The translations under genes and the position numbers were made by a program. A stretch of DNA of 64,000 nt from assembly GCA_903847095.1 (NCBI GenBank), contig CAINCQ010000041.1, positions 8,292-72,291 on the forward strand. The letters run 5' to 3'. Shown piece by piece: positions 37,340 to 45,601 of the stretch. The notes under the pieces were generated by a model that worked only from the letters and a program-made list of their open reading frames with translations, searched no databases and was not told the DNA's origin. Position 1 is the first letter of the stretch. Each line of letters begins with the position of its first letter. The stretch comes from an uncultured bacterium. GTDB lineage: Bacteria > Patescibacteriota > Minisyncoccia > Minisyncoccales > UBA5738.

Positions 37340-38550
37340 TCAAACAAAGGTCGGACGGTTCCGTCGTAGCGTCCGTAATAATCGCCCCTTACCTCCGATC
37401 CGTCAAGAATCCGAAGTCTTAATACTTTATGGGTCATGCACGAGTCGATAAAATGCCGGCCGAACAGGTTTAGCGAAACGTCGAACCATCCGTCATTGAA
37501 GAAGTTGGCCGGAATACGGCAGACGCTGACGTATCGACCCTTGGGCATTGGTTTGCCGTACCAATTCGATTCGTGGTTTCCGATAGTTCCAAAAACGCAA
37601 TTTCCGCCGTTGTCGTAAAAGATAACCGTCATCCCGCAAAAAACATTTTCTTCTTTTGTTTCAAATTCGATTTCAATGTTAAAACTATCGTTAGTGGAAA
37701 GCTTGTTTACCGGTTTTCCCTCCAAGTTTTTGACCGAAACTTTTTTAACCGACGCCGATTGGTTTTGAGGCTCGGTAGAGCCATTGGCCCAGTCTTTGGA
37801 CATGATGGTCAGTTCCGTTTCAAAACCCTCGCTCACGCTTCCAAGGTAAGAATTGACCACTTCCCTGCTTGAACCGTTCTTTTTTATTTTTCCATCCTCA
37901 ATCCATACCGCCCGTTCGCAAATATTTGCCACTTGGTTTAAGTCATGGGAAACGAAAATGATCGTTTTCCCGGATTTCTTGAATTCGGCTATTTTGTCAA
38001 GACATTTTTTTTGGAAAGCGGCGTCGCCCACGGCCAAAACTTCGTCAAGCAAGAGGATCTCGGGATCCAAATGGCTGGCAACCGAGAATCCCAGGCGAAC
38101 GGTCATTCCCGAGGAATATTTTTTCACCGGAACGTCAATAAAGTTTCCGATATCGGCGAAACGGATAATATGACCGATCCGTCGGCTGATCTCACGCTTG
38201 GTTAATCCCAGGATAGTTCCGTTCAAATAGATATTTTCTCTGCCGGTAAGGTCGGCCTGAAATCCCGCGCCCAGCTCGATCAGCGAAGCGACTCTTCCGT
38301 TTATCGCAACCGTTCCCAGCGTTGGCTTGGTGATTCCCGCCAGTATTTTTAAAAGAGTGCTTTTCCCGGACCCGTTTTTGCCGATGATCCCGATAATTTC
38401 CCCGGCGTTTATTTCCAGGTTAACGTCTTTAAGGGCCCATATTTCGTCGCAAACTTGAGGTTTAAAAATACTTTTGAGAAAAAGCGGCCGGCCGCGGCTG
38501 ACGCTGTATTTTTTTCCCAAATTTTTTGCCTGGACCATTATCATATCCAA
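37315..38550 (-). CDS. wzt: Polysaccharide ABC exporter ATP-binding protein (Wzt/TagH type) with extra C-terminal beta-rich domain
   Basis: Walker A GKNGSGKST, signature YSSGM, Walker B LLLDE. About 170 additional C-terminal residues, as in Wzt proteins carrying a glycan-binding domain. Confidence 0.85.
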   Translation of the reverse strand: MDMIMVQAKNLGKKYSVSRGRPLFLKSIFKPQVCDEIWALKDVNLEINAGEIIGIIGKNGSGKSTLLKILAGITKPTLGTVAINGRVASLIELGAGFQADLTGRENIYLNGTILGLTKREISRRIGHIIRFADIGNFIDVPVKKYSSGMTVRLGFSVASHLDPEILLLDEVLAVGDAAFQKKCLDKIAEFKKSGKTIIFVSHDLNQVANICERAVWIEDGKIKKNGSSREVVNSYLGSVSEGFETELTIMSKDWANGSTEPQNQSASVKKVSVKNLEGKPVNKLSTNDSFNIEIEFETKEENVFCGMTVIFYDNGGNCVFGTIGNHESNWYGKPMPKGRYVSVCRIPANFFNDGWFDVSLNLFGRHFIDSCMTHKVLRLRILDGSEVRGDYYGRYDGTVRPLFDWSTRRKS

Positions 38551-39323
38551 TCCGCAAAAAACGGTTCTCGTTTTTTGAAAATAATAATTCCGAAAATAAA
38601 TAAAATCGCCGTCAAAATCATCGATGCGGCCAGAGCAAAGAAAGTCGGAGCATCGCCACCGAGCAAGGCAAAACGATAGAGCGAAATTATTCCCACCATC
38701 GGATTGGCGGCGTAAAGGTCAACAAAGCGTTGCGGTACCATTGAAAGCGGATAAATGATCGGTGTCAAATAAAACCAGGCCATAGTCAAGGCTTGGATGA
38801 TAAAGGAAACGTCGCGGTAATAAATATCCAGGCTTGAGGCGATCAGGACAAGGCCGGCGGTAAAGATGATGTGCAATAGGATCGCGAACGGAAGTAAAAT
38901 CAAAGGCCACGAGATGTTGGCGAAAATAAGAATCGCGGGCAGGAGAAGGGCCAATGACAATATCAAATTAATCGCATTTGAAAGAATTACCGATAGCGGC
39001 AGTATTTCCCGCGGAAAAGCCGCCTTTTTTATGAGATCGCGATTCGCGGTTAGCGATCCGGTTCCCGAGATTAGCGATTGGGAAAAAAATGTCCACGGTA
39101 AAAGACCGCAGAAAAGAAACAAAGAATAATTCTGAACCGGTATTCTGACGATTAACATGAAAACAACGCTTAAAACCGCCATTTGCAAAAGGGGGTTTAA
39201 AAAGGCCCACAAAAAACCCAAAAAAGCCGATTTATACCTCGTTTTCAATTCCTTGGTCGTTAAGGCGAGCAACAGATCGCGCCGTTCGTATAGTTGTTTA
39301 AAAAAGACAATAATCATATTCAA
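38541..39323 (-). CDS. wzm: ABC-2 type polysaccharide exporter permease (Wzm/TagG type)
   Basis: 260 aa with 6 TM helices and the N-terminal pattern L...T..ELK.RYK.S.LGF.W....P. Overlaps the wzt start. Confidence 0.85.
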   Translation of the reverse strand: MNMIIVFFKQLYERRDLLLALTTKELKTRYKSAFLGFLWAFLNPLLQMAVLSVVFMLIVRIPVQNYSLFLFCGLLPWTFFSQSLISGTGSLTANRDLIKKAAFPREILPLSVILSNAINLILSLALLLPAILIFANISWPLILLPFAILLHIIFTAGLVLIASSLDIYYRDVSFIIQALTMAWFYLTPIIYPLSMVPQRFVDLYAANPMVGIISLYRFALLGGDAPTFFALAASMILTAILFIFGIIIFKKREPFFADWI

Positions 39324-39569
39324 AACAAAGCAAACTTCATCATCCCTAAGGCTTTTTATTCAATTAATCGTAACATACGAACCACCGCTTGTCCAAAATC
39401 CGGTTTTTGAACCGTCAACAAATCGGTAAGGGCAAAGATGAGAAAATATAGGGAATCAAGCGGGGTTACGCGCGCGCGGATTCCAGCGATAAAAGATTTG
39501 CTTTGGGGAGGAAATCATTTAAACGTTCAAAGCCGGCGCGCCAATTCGCGAGATCAAAAAAATGCCGCT

Positions 39570-39594
39570 AAAAAAACGCGAGGGTTGTCGCGTT
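39570..39594 (-). terminator. Intrinsic terminator
   Basis: On the minus strand, AACGCGA-CAACCC-TCGCGTT followed by T7. Overlaps the TAA stop of 39593-40243. Confidence 0.7.
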
Positions 39595-40243
39595 AATATT
39601 GGGAAAAGTGGACGTGGTTGCAATGATAACAATTGGTTTTTAAAAAGCAGGCTTCGATCGCCTTCCGAAAGATCTCGATTTCTTGAGGCAAGGACAATTT
39701 TTTTATTCTTAAGCCGGAAATACAGAATTCGATTTCGCCCGGTTTCCGGTGTTTTGGCAGGCTGCCGTCAAAATCGCCGCAAGTAAGGCATTGCCATTTG
39801 ATATCGAGCGGAAGTTTTTTAACGACCGGTTGATCCCGGATCCAGGCCACCTGATCAAGCTTGGCTATTAAATGCCGAGTGATCGAGATAGAGTTGGTTT
39901 TTCTTGACGCCTCGATCGAAACGATTCCGAGCGGAGCCGAAAATTTGGCGGCTTTACCGTGAAAGCCCGTAGTTTCCCGATCCTGAATCAGGTATGAGGC
40001 GAGAGGCGTGCCCGCGAGCGAGCAAATTATCCGGGCTTTACCCATCCTTTTGTGCGCACCGCCGATCTCGGATCCCGTGACTAAGAATTCTCCGTCCGTA
40101 GCCTCATCGGGAATCAAATATTTTTTTCCCGACCAGGGCGGATAGATGAGCATATAGTTTTTTAGCCACAAGACCTTAATGTCTTGTTCCGTCAGCGTTC
40201 TCCATAAGCCTTCGTTTTTTAAATGCCGTATGACTATGTTCAT
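39593..40243 (-). CDS. Hypothetical protein with C-terminal double CxxC (putative zinc-binding)
   Basis: 216 aa containing CLTC (WQCLTCGDFDG) and CYHC (NCYHCNHVHF). No recognised family. Confidence 0.5.
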   Translation of the reverse strand: MNIVIRHLKNEGLWRTLTEQDIKVLWLKNYMLIYPPWSGKKYLIPDEATDGEFLVTGSEIGGAHKRMGKARIICSLAGTPLASYLIQDRETTGFHGKAAKFSAPLGIVSIEASRKTNSISITRHLIAKLDQVAWIRDQPVVKKLPLDIKWQCLTCGDFDGSLPKHRKPGEIEFCISGLRIKKLSLPQEIEIFRKAIEACFLKTNCYHCNHVHFSQY

Positions 40244-40433
40244 CCCATTTCCTGCTGCATTGCCGAGCAGCGCGCCGCCGATTGCCGTTAACGGGCGCCG
40301 CGCTGCTTGCCAAGCTATTCAAAGTGCTGATCTGGTAGAATTTTATACTAAACTATTATTACCGATATGTCAACGTGGCGGTTTTTTTATGTCGAATATT
40401 CATAATTGACCTGAATAAAGAAAAAAAGGCGAA

Positions 40434-41093
40434 CTATGCCTTTTTTTTAAATTTATCCGTGTCGCGCAAGGAGATCAAAACCAAGATGATATAGAAGAAA
40501 GCCAAGAGACCGGCTAGGGCAATCAGGCCGACTGTAAAGATAAGGAAGGTAAAGAACGCGAAAGCACGGAAATTCAATCGCAGGATGTCGGTGTTCGGCT
40601 TGGAAAAGACAATCCGTTTATTGGTAATATTTTCGGTCCAGGCTATTTGGAAATTGTTGAACGGACCCCATTCCGATACCGGAATCGGATAGGATACCGT
40701 TGGCTCCGAAAGCTTCGCGATCATCAGTTCTTTTCCACCTTTTTTAAGGTACCAATATTCTTCCCTAATCCGCAAACGGTAAGAGTCTTTTACGAACACC
40801 GCTATCAAGGCGGAACCATTTGCGGCCAAGGCACTGCTTGCCCGTTCCTTGAATTTCTCGTAGCTTTCGTTCTGTTCCTTGCCGGTAAAACCGTACTCGG
40901 GCGCTTCGGAAATTTTTAGCATTTCTTTATAGTCCCAGCCGTAATTTGCCGCTATCAGCTGGCCGGTAGTTTCTCTGTTTAAATATTTGTCGGGTTCCGG
41001 ATTCATTATTCCGCCATATAAAACTTGAAAGGCGGCGGAAAAAACGACGATATATACCAACAAGGTTAAAATCGTTTTAGGTAAAAGTCTCAT
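40434..41093 (-). CDS. Hypothetical membrane-anchored protein
   Basis: N-terminal TM helix, an extracytoplasmic domain of about 150 aa, and two C-terminal TM helices. Confidence 0.5.
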   Translation of the reverse strand: MRLLPKTILTLLVYIVVFSAAFQVLYGGIMNPEPDKYLNRETTGQLIAANYGWDYKEMLKISEAPEYGFTGKEQNESYEKFKERASSALAANGSALIAVFVKDSYRLRIREEYWYLKKGGKELMIAKLSEPTVSYPIPVSEWGPFNNFQIAWTENITNKRIVFSKPNTDILRLNFRAFAFFTFLIFTVGLIALAGLLAFFYIILVLISLRDTDKFKKKA

Positions 41094-41254
41094 TGCTGTT
41101 CACGCTCCCAATAAGGCAATGTTTCGCCCTTTTTTAAATGAAACTAGTTTGGTTATACCAATAATATCGAGGATGTCAATCAGGTTTTACAAAATAAAAA
41201 CCCCGGATGCGGGGTTAGTTTTCCAAACCGATTAACATATCGGAAAATCGTTTG

Positions 41255-41938
41255 TCAGTTAGTTTTTTCCGTCAGAGATTCTTTTGAAACCGTGGCGAAG
41301 GCCAGAACGCTGACCTCCGGCGTCCAATCCGGTCCCATGATGATTTTTTTGAGCTCCCTGATCGTATCGTCCGGAGGAAATTGTTTTTTGGGCATCGCTT
41401 CCGCGTATAGGCGGTCGATTGTTTCAAGTTTACCGAGGAACTCGTGGAACCAGAGCGGATTTTCGCACAGGTTCTCGGCGAATTCCCGAGGCTCGAAGGA
41501 AGCCAGTTCTTTAGTGATAGCCTTAAGCTGTTCATCCGCTGCCCGGGCTTTCTCCGTTGGAATAAAGCTGTTTTTGATAAACACTTCGAAAACGAACAGC
41601 TCGGCGAATTGATCGTCCCTTTTCAAAATTTCGCTCCCGGCTTCGCGGTTGATTTTCTGCGACAGGACTACGGCATCGCGATGGAGCTGGACCTGTTCGA
41701 TCTTAGCCAGCGAATCGGAGCGAAGCTGATCAATCTCATTTTGCCCTTCATCGGATAGGGCGTAGTTTGCCACCTTTGACCGTTTTAATTTTTTAACCGT
41801 TGCCGCTATGTCTTTATCAACCTGCTCTTTTAAAGCCGGAGGCATATCCTTGGTGCAGTCTTCATAAATTGACGGCGTAAAACCGTAATGCGCCAATGCT
41901 TCCGGCCAAAAATCCTTTTCACCAATGTCTTTGAGCAT
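41255..41938 (-). CDS. Hypothetical protein (227 aa, helical)
   Basis: Long ORF with an AAGGAGGA RBS upstream of the ATG at 41938. No recognisable motif. Confidence 0.5.
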   Translation of the reverse strand: MLKDIGEKDFWPEALAHYGFTPSIYEDCTKDMPPALKEQVDKDIAATVKKLKRSKVANYALSDEGQNEIDQLRSDSLAKIEQVQLHRDAVVLSQKINREAGSEILKRDDQFAELFVFEVFIKNSFIPTEKARAADEQLKAITKELASFEPREFAENLCENPLWFHEFLGKLETIDRLYAEAMPKKQFPPDDTIRELKKIIMGPDWTPEVSVLAFATVSKESLTEKTN

Positions 41939-42023
41939 GATTCCTCCTTGTTAATTTGCTGCTTATATCCTACTTAAATTTTTCAGATCGTCAATATGGC
42001 GCGTCCTCTTGGCGGTTTGGCTT

Positions 42024-42347
42024 TTAAAACAAATCTTCCCAAAAGATCAGAATAAGAGATATCAATCCCAAAACCATTCCGGCTCCCTGGAGACGCGTTA
42101 TTTGCTCCTTATAGAAAATAATGCCGATCATAATGGCCAGAATAGCGCTAATAACCGAAAAAATTGAGATGCCGCGGGCCAGACCGGATCCGTATTTCAA
42201 CGAAAACAGCCAAGCCAGATTGGAGGCCAGATAAAAAATTAAGCCGCCGATCAAAAACCAGGACCGGCCGTTCAGCGACCATTCCTTGGACATTACGTCG
42301 GCGGCCATTTCAAAAACAATGACCAGGATTAAAAATATGATCCACAT
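42024..42347 (-). CDS. SMR/EamA-like small 4-TM transporter (EmrE/ArnE-F-like)
   Basis: 107 aa with four TM helices and a membrane-embedded Glu in TM1 (VFEMAAD), as in SMR proteins. Confidence 0.5.
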   Translation of the reverse strand: MWIIFLILVIVFEMAADVMSKEWSLNGRSWFLIGGLIFYLASNLAWLFSLKYGSGLARGISIFSVISAILAIMIGIIFYKEQITRLQGAGMVLGLISLILIFWEDLF

Positions 42348-42362
42348 CGGCTGGATATCAGA

Positions 42363-43985
42363 CTAATTCAATACTTCAACATTTTTAAAAATATCTCCGT
42401 TGCTTTTTGTCGCCCAAAGCAGTTTGTTGCCGTCTAAGGATATGCTTTGAAATATTAAATCGTCCAATGATTTAACAATTTTTCCGTCAACGACCAAACA
42501 GTCGGACATGCTGTTAAATGTGTGCGCGAGCGCAAAAACCTTGCCATCATCAGTAATTATCGGTTTGTCGGCCAAATAATAATTTTGCCATTCCGGCGCT
42601 GGCTGGCCGTCAAAAAACAAGTTGTATCCGACAACGGTATCCATATCATCGTGCTTTGTGGTTGCGTAAATCAGCGAACCGCTGGCGCCAAAGCCGACCG
42701 GGAATGCATCATCACCGTCAATTTCGTAAGTTCTCTGCTTGGTTCCGGCAATCAACGTTTTTGATGACGTCGGGCTTTTGAAAGAACCTTTATCCCAAGT
42801 TTCCCTAAGATAGGAAAAACCAACCCCGCTGTTTGAATTGTCAAAAACGGTATAACCGGTATTAAAATCAATTTCTTCCCAGGAGGATTGATCTTTGTTT
42901 AGCGTGTCGGATGCGGTATGAATCGGTTGTCCATTAAAATAGAAAACATATTGTTTGAGTTTGCTTGGGCGATTTGAGAATTTGGGCCATTTATCCTTAT
43001 CGGCAAGTCCGGGAAAATCATTTTCACAGATAAAGAAAATATCACCTTTTTTGCTGAATTGAAGACTGTAGATGTTGTCGCAATTAATATCGGGCTGTTG
43101 TTGACCGTTAAGAACCAGAAATTGTTTTCCATTCTCAGTTTTTTCAACCGTAGCCGCGAACTTGCCGCTTTCATGCAGGGAAAGATTCCCGATCTTGGCG
43201 TAGGTATATTCTTTTCCGTCGAAAACAAAATAGTTCTGTTCCCCTTTACTAGAATCGCCGTAAAGGAGGTGCTGTTCGTCCTCGGTGGTTTTCGCTATCG
43301 ACACTTGACGTTGTTTATCTATTTCATTACCGTCCAAAAGGATGGTGTAGCGTTTGTTGGTTTTGTCATACATTCGGTGGAAAATATGGCCATTTTCGCT
43401 CCAGCCCGATTCGCGCACATAAGGAATCGGCGATTCCAAACCGTTTTTTACGACAAATGTTTGGTTTTCCTTGACTGCGATAAAAATCGGATTGTCATCC
43501 GCCGTAAAAAATAGGTCAAAAACCTGGTCGTATTTTTTACTTTCCTCCCCCGCGACGACCGCAAATTCCTGGCCTTCGGTTTTGGCGATGTAGGCGATTT
43601 TTTTTCCGGTGGGGCTGAAAACAAAGTTTTTAACATCGGAATAGGGTGATTTTACCCCGTTAATAAATGGCGCTTGCTCGGTTATTGTGTGTGAGGGATC
43701 CGTTTGCCATGGGTCAGTCGAGCGTGGATCAGTCCAAATATAATAACTTTCCATATTTGGTCCAAAATTTATTTTTCCGTCGGCTTCATCCGGCCAAATT
43801 CCGATTTTTTTGGCCGTGTTTCCCGTAATATTCTTTTTTTTGGCCGGTGTATTCATGGCTTCACTATTTTCCAAATTTCGGTTATTCAATGCGCCTTGTT
43901 CCTTTACCGAAAAAAAGTATAGCGCGAATCCCAATATTAGAATAAAAAAAACAACGATCAATCCGGCCAGAAGATTTTTTTTCAT
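42363..43985 (-). CDS. Hypothetical secreted/membrane-anchored repeat protein (540 aa)
   Basis: N-terminal TM/signal anchor, then repeated about 40-aa beta-rich units (…F.VNG…Y/F..I…S.DG…), suggesting a propeller-like fold. Confidence 0.5.
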   Translation of the reverse strand: MKKNLLAGLIVVFFILILGFALYFFSVKEQGALNNRNLENSEAMNTPAKKKNITGNTAKKIGIWPDEADGKINFGPNMESYYIWTDPRSTDPWQTDPSHTITEQAPFINGVKSPYSDVKNFVFSPTGKKIAYIAKTEGQEFAVVAGEESKKYDQVFDLFFTADDNPIFIAVKENQTFVVKNGLESPIPYVRESGWSENGHIFHRMYDKTNKRYTILLDGNEIDKQRQVSIAKTTEDEQHLLYGDSSKGEQNYFVFDGKEYTYAKIGNLSLHESGKFAATVEKTENGKQFLVLNGQQQPDINCDNIYSLQFSKKGDIFFICENDFPGLADKDKWPKFSNRPSKLKQYVFYFNGQPIHTASDTLNKDQSSWEEIDFNTGYTVFDNSNSGVGFSYLRETWDKGSFKSPTSSKTLIAGTKQRTYEIDGDDAFPVGFGASGSLIYATTKHDDMDTVVGYNLFFDGQPAPEWQNYYLADKPIITDDGKVFALAHTFNSMSDCLVVDGKIVKSLDDLIFQSISLDGNKLLWATKSNGDIFKNVEVLN

Positions 43986-44151
43986 ACGTATTGTTGTAAA
44001 TGTTTGTATCTTTGCTTAGTTTATTATTGTATTAAATTAGTAATCGATTGTAAAATAACTTTGAGTAAAGTGGCCGGCAAAAAAAGAGGCATTTATCTCC
44101 TGTTCGGCTGATATTTATTATCAAGAAAAATTTTGACGAGTAGCTTTAATA

Positions 44152-44640
44152 TCAATTTGAAACCTGGAAATATTTATCGGTTCCGTTCCAGCCGTCGGCG
44201 GACGATTGAAGGACGCCGGTTCCGCCGCCAGGCGTCGGGTTGGATATACCCGGCAAAGTCACCGGTTCATTTTCGCGTTCCAGATTGGCATAGATCGCGC
44301 ATTTAGTTCCATCTTCCGAAACCGCGTATTCGTAATATGACCTTTCGTTGGTTTTTAGCTTCGGATCGCCGGGAAGCGAAGCTAATTTTCCGGAATATTG
44401 CGGATATTTGTTCTGCAATTCATCCGCGAGGGCTGCCAGGTCGTAGCTTCCCGGACCGCTTTTGGGCATATAGCATGTTGTTAAGAACATCCGTCCGATT
44501 TGTTGCAACTCCGTTTTCCGCCGAGCGTCGCGCGCCGAGGCGGTAGCCTGGCCGTATACGATCAAAATGGTTCCGGCCAGGATGCCGATGATCGTTATAA
44601 CAACCAGCAGTTCGATCAAAGTGAAGCCTTGGTTTTTCAT
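44152..44640 (-). CDS. Type IV pilin / pseudopilin (prepilin-type N-terminal cleavage/methylation domain)
   Basis: MKNQG|FTLIELLVVITIIGILAG is the class III signal peptide with the conserved Glu+5. Start moved to the ATG at 44640. Confidence 0.85.
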   Translation of the reverse strand: MKNQGFTLIELLVVITIIGILAGTILIVYGQATASARDARRKTELQQIGRMFLTTCYMPKSGPGSYDLAALADELQNKYPQYSGKLASLPGDPKLKTNERSYYEYAVSEDGTKCAIYANLERENEPVTLPGISNPTPGGGTGVLQSSADGWNGTDKYFQVSN

Positions 44641-44713
44641 TGTCGGGTTAATCAATATTCCAAGTTTATTTTACCAGAGAAAAGTTCAAAGCGCGATTGA
44701 AACTTGTCGAGCA

Positions 44714-44737
44714 TAAAAAAAGCGCCTTATGGACGCT
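44714..44737 (-). terminator. Intrinsic terminator
   Basis: On the minus strand, AGCGTC-CATAA-GGCGCT (one G.U pair) followed by T7, 4 nt after the stop at 44741. Confidence 0.65.
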
Positions 44738-44740
44738 TTA

Positions 44741-45097
44741 TCATTCGATCATTAGTTGGTGTATGCGGAGCGCTGTTTGGCCGATCGTTTTTTCGCGGCT
44801 AAGAAGGGATACATATAGCTCTTCGACCAGATTAAGCCTTCGGGCAACTTCTCCATCGACCGGCCTTGGGCAAGTCATTCCCTGGATGCCCTGGCTAAGG
44901 CGTGCTTGAATAGCCGATAGCGATTCGGCTAAGAACGGGCGTTCCTCTTTCCCGCCTTTTAGAAGCTGAGCCTGCAGGTTGAGCGCCCTGCGCAAATACC
45001 AGACAACCGTGGCTTCGTTCATCGGGTGAAAGTCGCAAAGTCTTCCGGATAGCGGTTTGGAGCCGCTTTCGTGGGGACAAGGTATTATAGTACGCAA
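44741..45097 (-). CDS. Hypothetical helical protein (118 aa), locally GC-rich gene
   Basis: TTG start at 45097 preceded by AAAGGTGG at 6 nt spacing. Has its own TTGACT-17-TATAAA promoter and a terminator. Confidence 0.5.
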   Translation of the reverse strand: MRTIIPCPHESGSKPLSGRLCDFHPMNEATVVWYLRRALNLQAQLLKGGKEERPFLAESLSAIQARLSQGIQGMTCPRPVDGEVARRLNLVEELYVSLLSREKTIGQTALRIHQLMIE

Positions 45098-45129
45098 TTT
45101 TAACCACCTTTGACTGTAGTGCTGACGTC

Positions 45130-45158
45130 TTTATAGATTACTTTTTCCATAAAGTCAA
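45130..45158 (-). promoter_or_regulatory. Promoter of 44741-45097
   Basis: TTGACT (45153-45158), 17 nt spacer, TATAAA (45130-45135). Confidence 0.5.
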
Positions 45159-45170
45159 TAGAAATAACCA

Positions 45171-45199
45171 TTGACACTTGACCTAGAATATTATATTAT
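45171..45199 (+). promoter_or_regulatory. Promoter of 45232-45513
   Basis: TTGACA (45171-45176), 17 nt spacer, TATTAT (45194-45199). Lies back-to-back with the minus-strand promoter. Confidence 0.5.
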
Positions 45200-45231
45200 A
45201 TAAAAATAAAACATCTTTAAAGGAGGATCAA

Positions 45232-45513
45232 ATGCCAGGAGTAGGAGAAGGTGAAAGGCTGAAATGCCCGGATTGCGGAAGGACTACCGATACGGAAACG
45301 AATTATTGCACGAATTGCGGCGCTGACAATCGGGGCCGCTGGGAAAAAGTGGTCGTTTCGGGATTTACGATTGTCGAGGTGTGTCTCGCTTGTCAGATGT
45401 GCGGAAAAGAATATTTTGATCTGGCTTTCCAATTCTGCCCTGATGACGGTAAAAAACTGGTGTTAAAGCGGAAGGAAACGGAGATGGGAATTAAATATCC
45501 CGGATCCAAATGA
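45232..45513 (+). CDS. Double zinc-ribbon protein (93 aa)
   Basis: AAAGGAGGA RBS. CPDCG...x11...CTNCG and CLACQMCG...x12..FCPDDG give two Cys4-type ribbons. Confidence 0.65.
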   Translation: MPGVGEGERLKCPDCGRTTDTETNYCTNCGADNRGRWEKVVVSGFTIVEVCLACQMCGKEYFDLAFQFCPDDGKKLVLKRKETEMGIKYPGSK

Positions 45514-45601
45514 TAAAGGCTGGCAAAAGCCTTTTTTTCTTGATTCCTTAGAGAACAATAACCCAAACGGTTCGGTTTTTTTTCGGATTTAAGGTAAAAA
45601 T

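Noticed and set aside
44741-45100. A GC-rich, hairpin-rich stretch of about 360 nt with a terminator, which looked like a structured ncRNA (RNase P RNA or tmRNA size).
   Set aside because: None of the conserved motifs is present: no GGAAAGTCC or ACAGAA-type RNase P P4 strands, and no tRNA-like GGTTCGAATCC…CCA end. The stretch has an uninterrupted 118-codon frame with a TTG start preceded by AAAGGTGG at ideal spacing, plus a consensus promoter upstream, so it is called a CDS.
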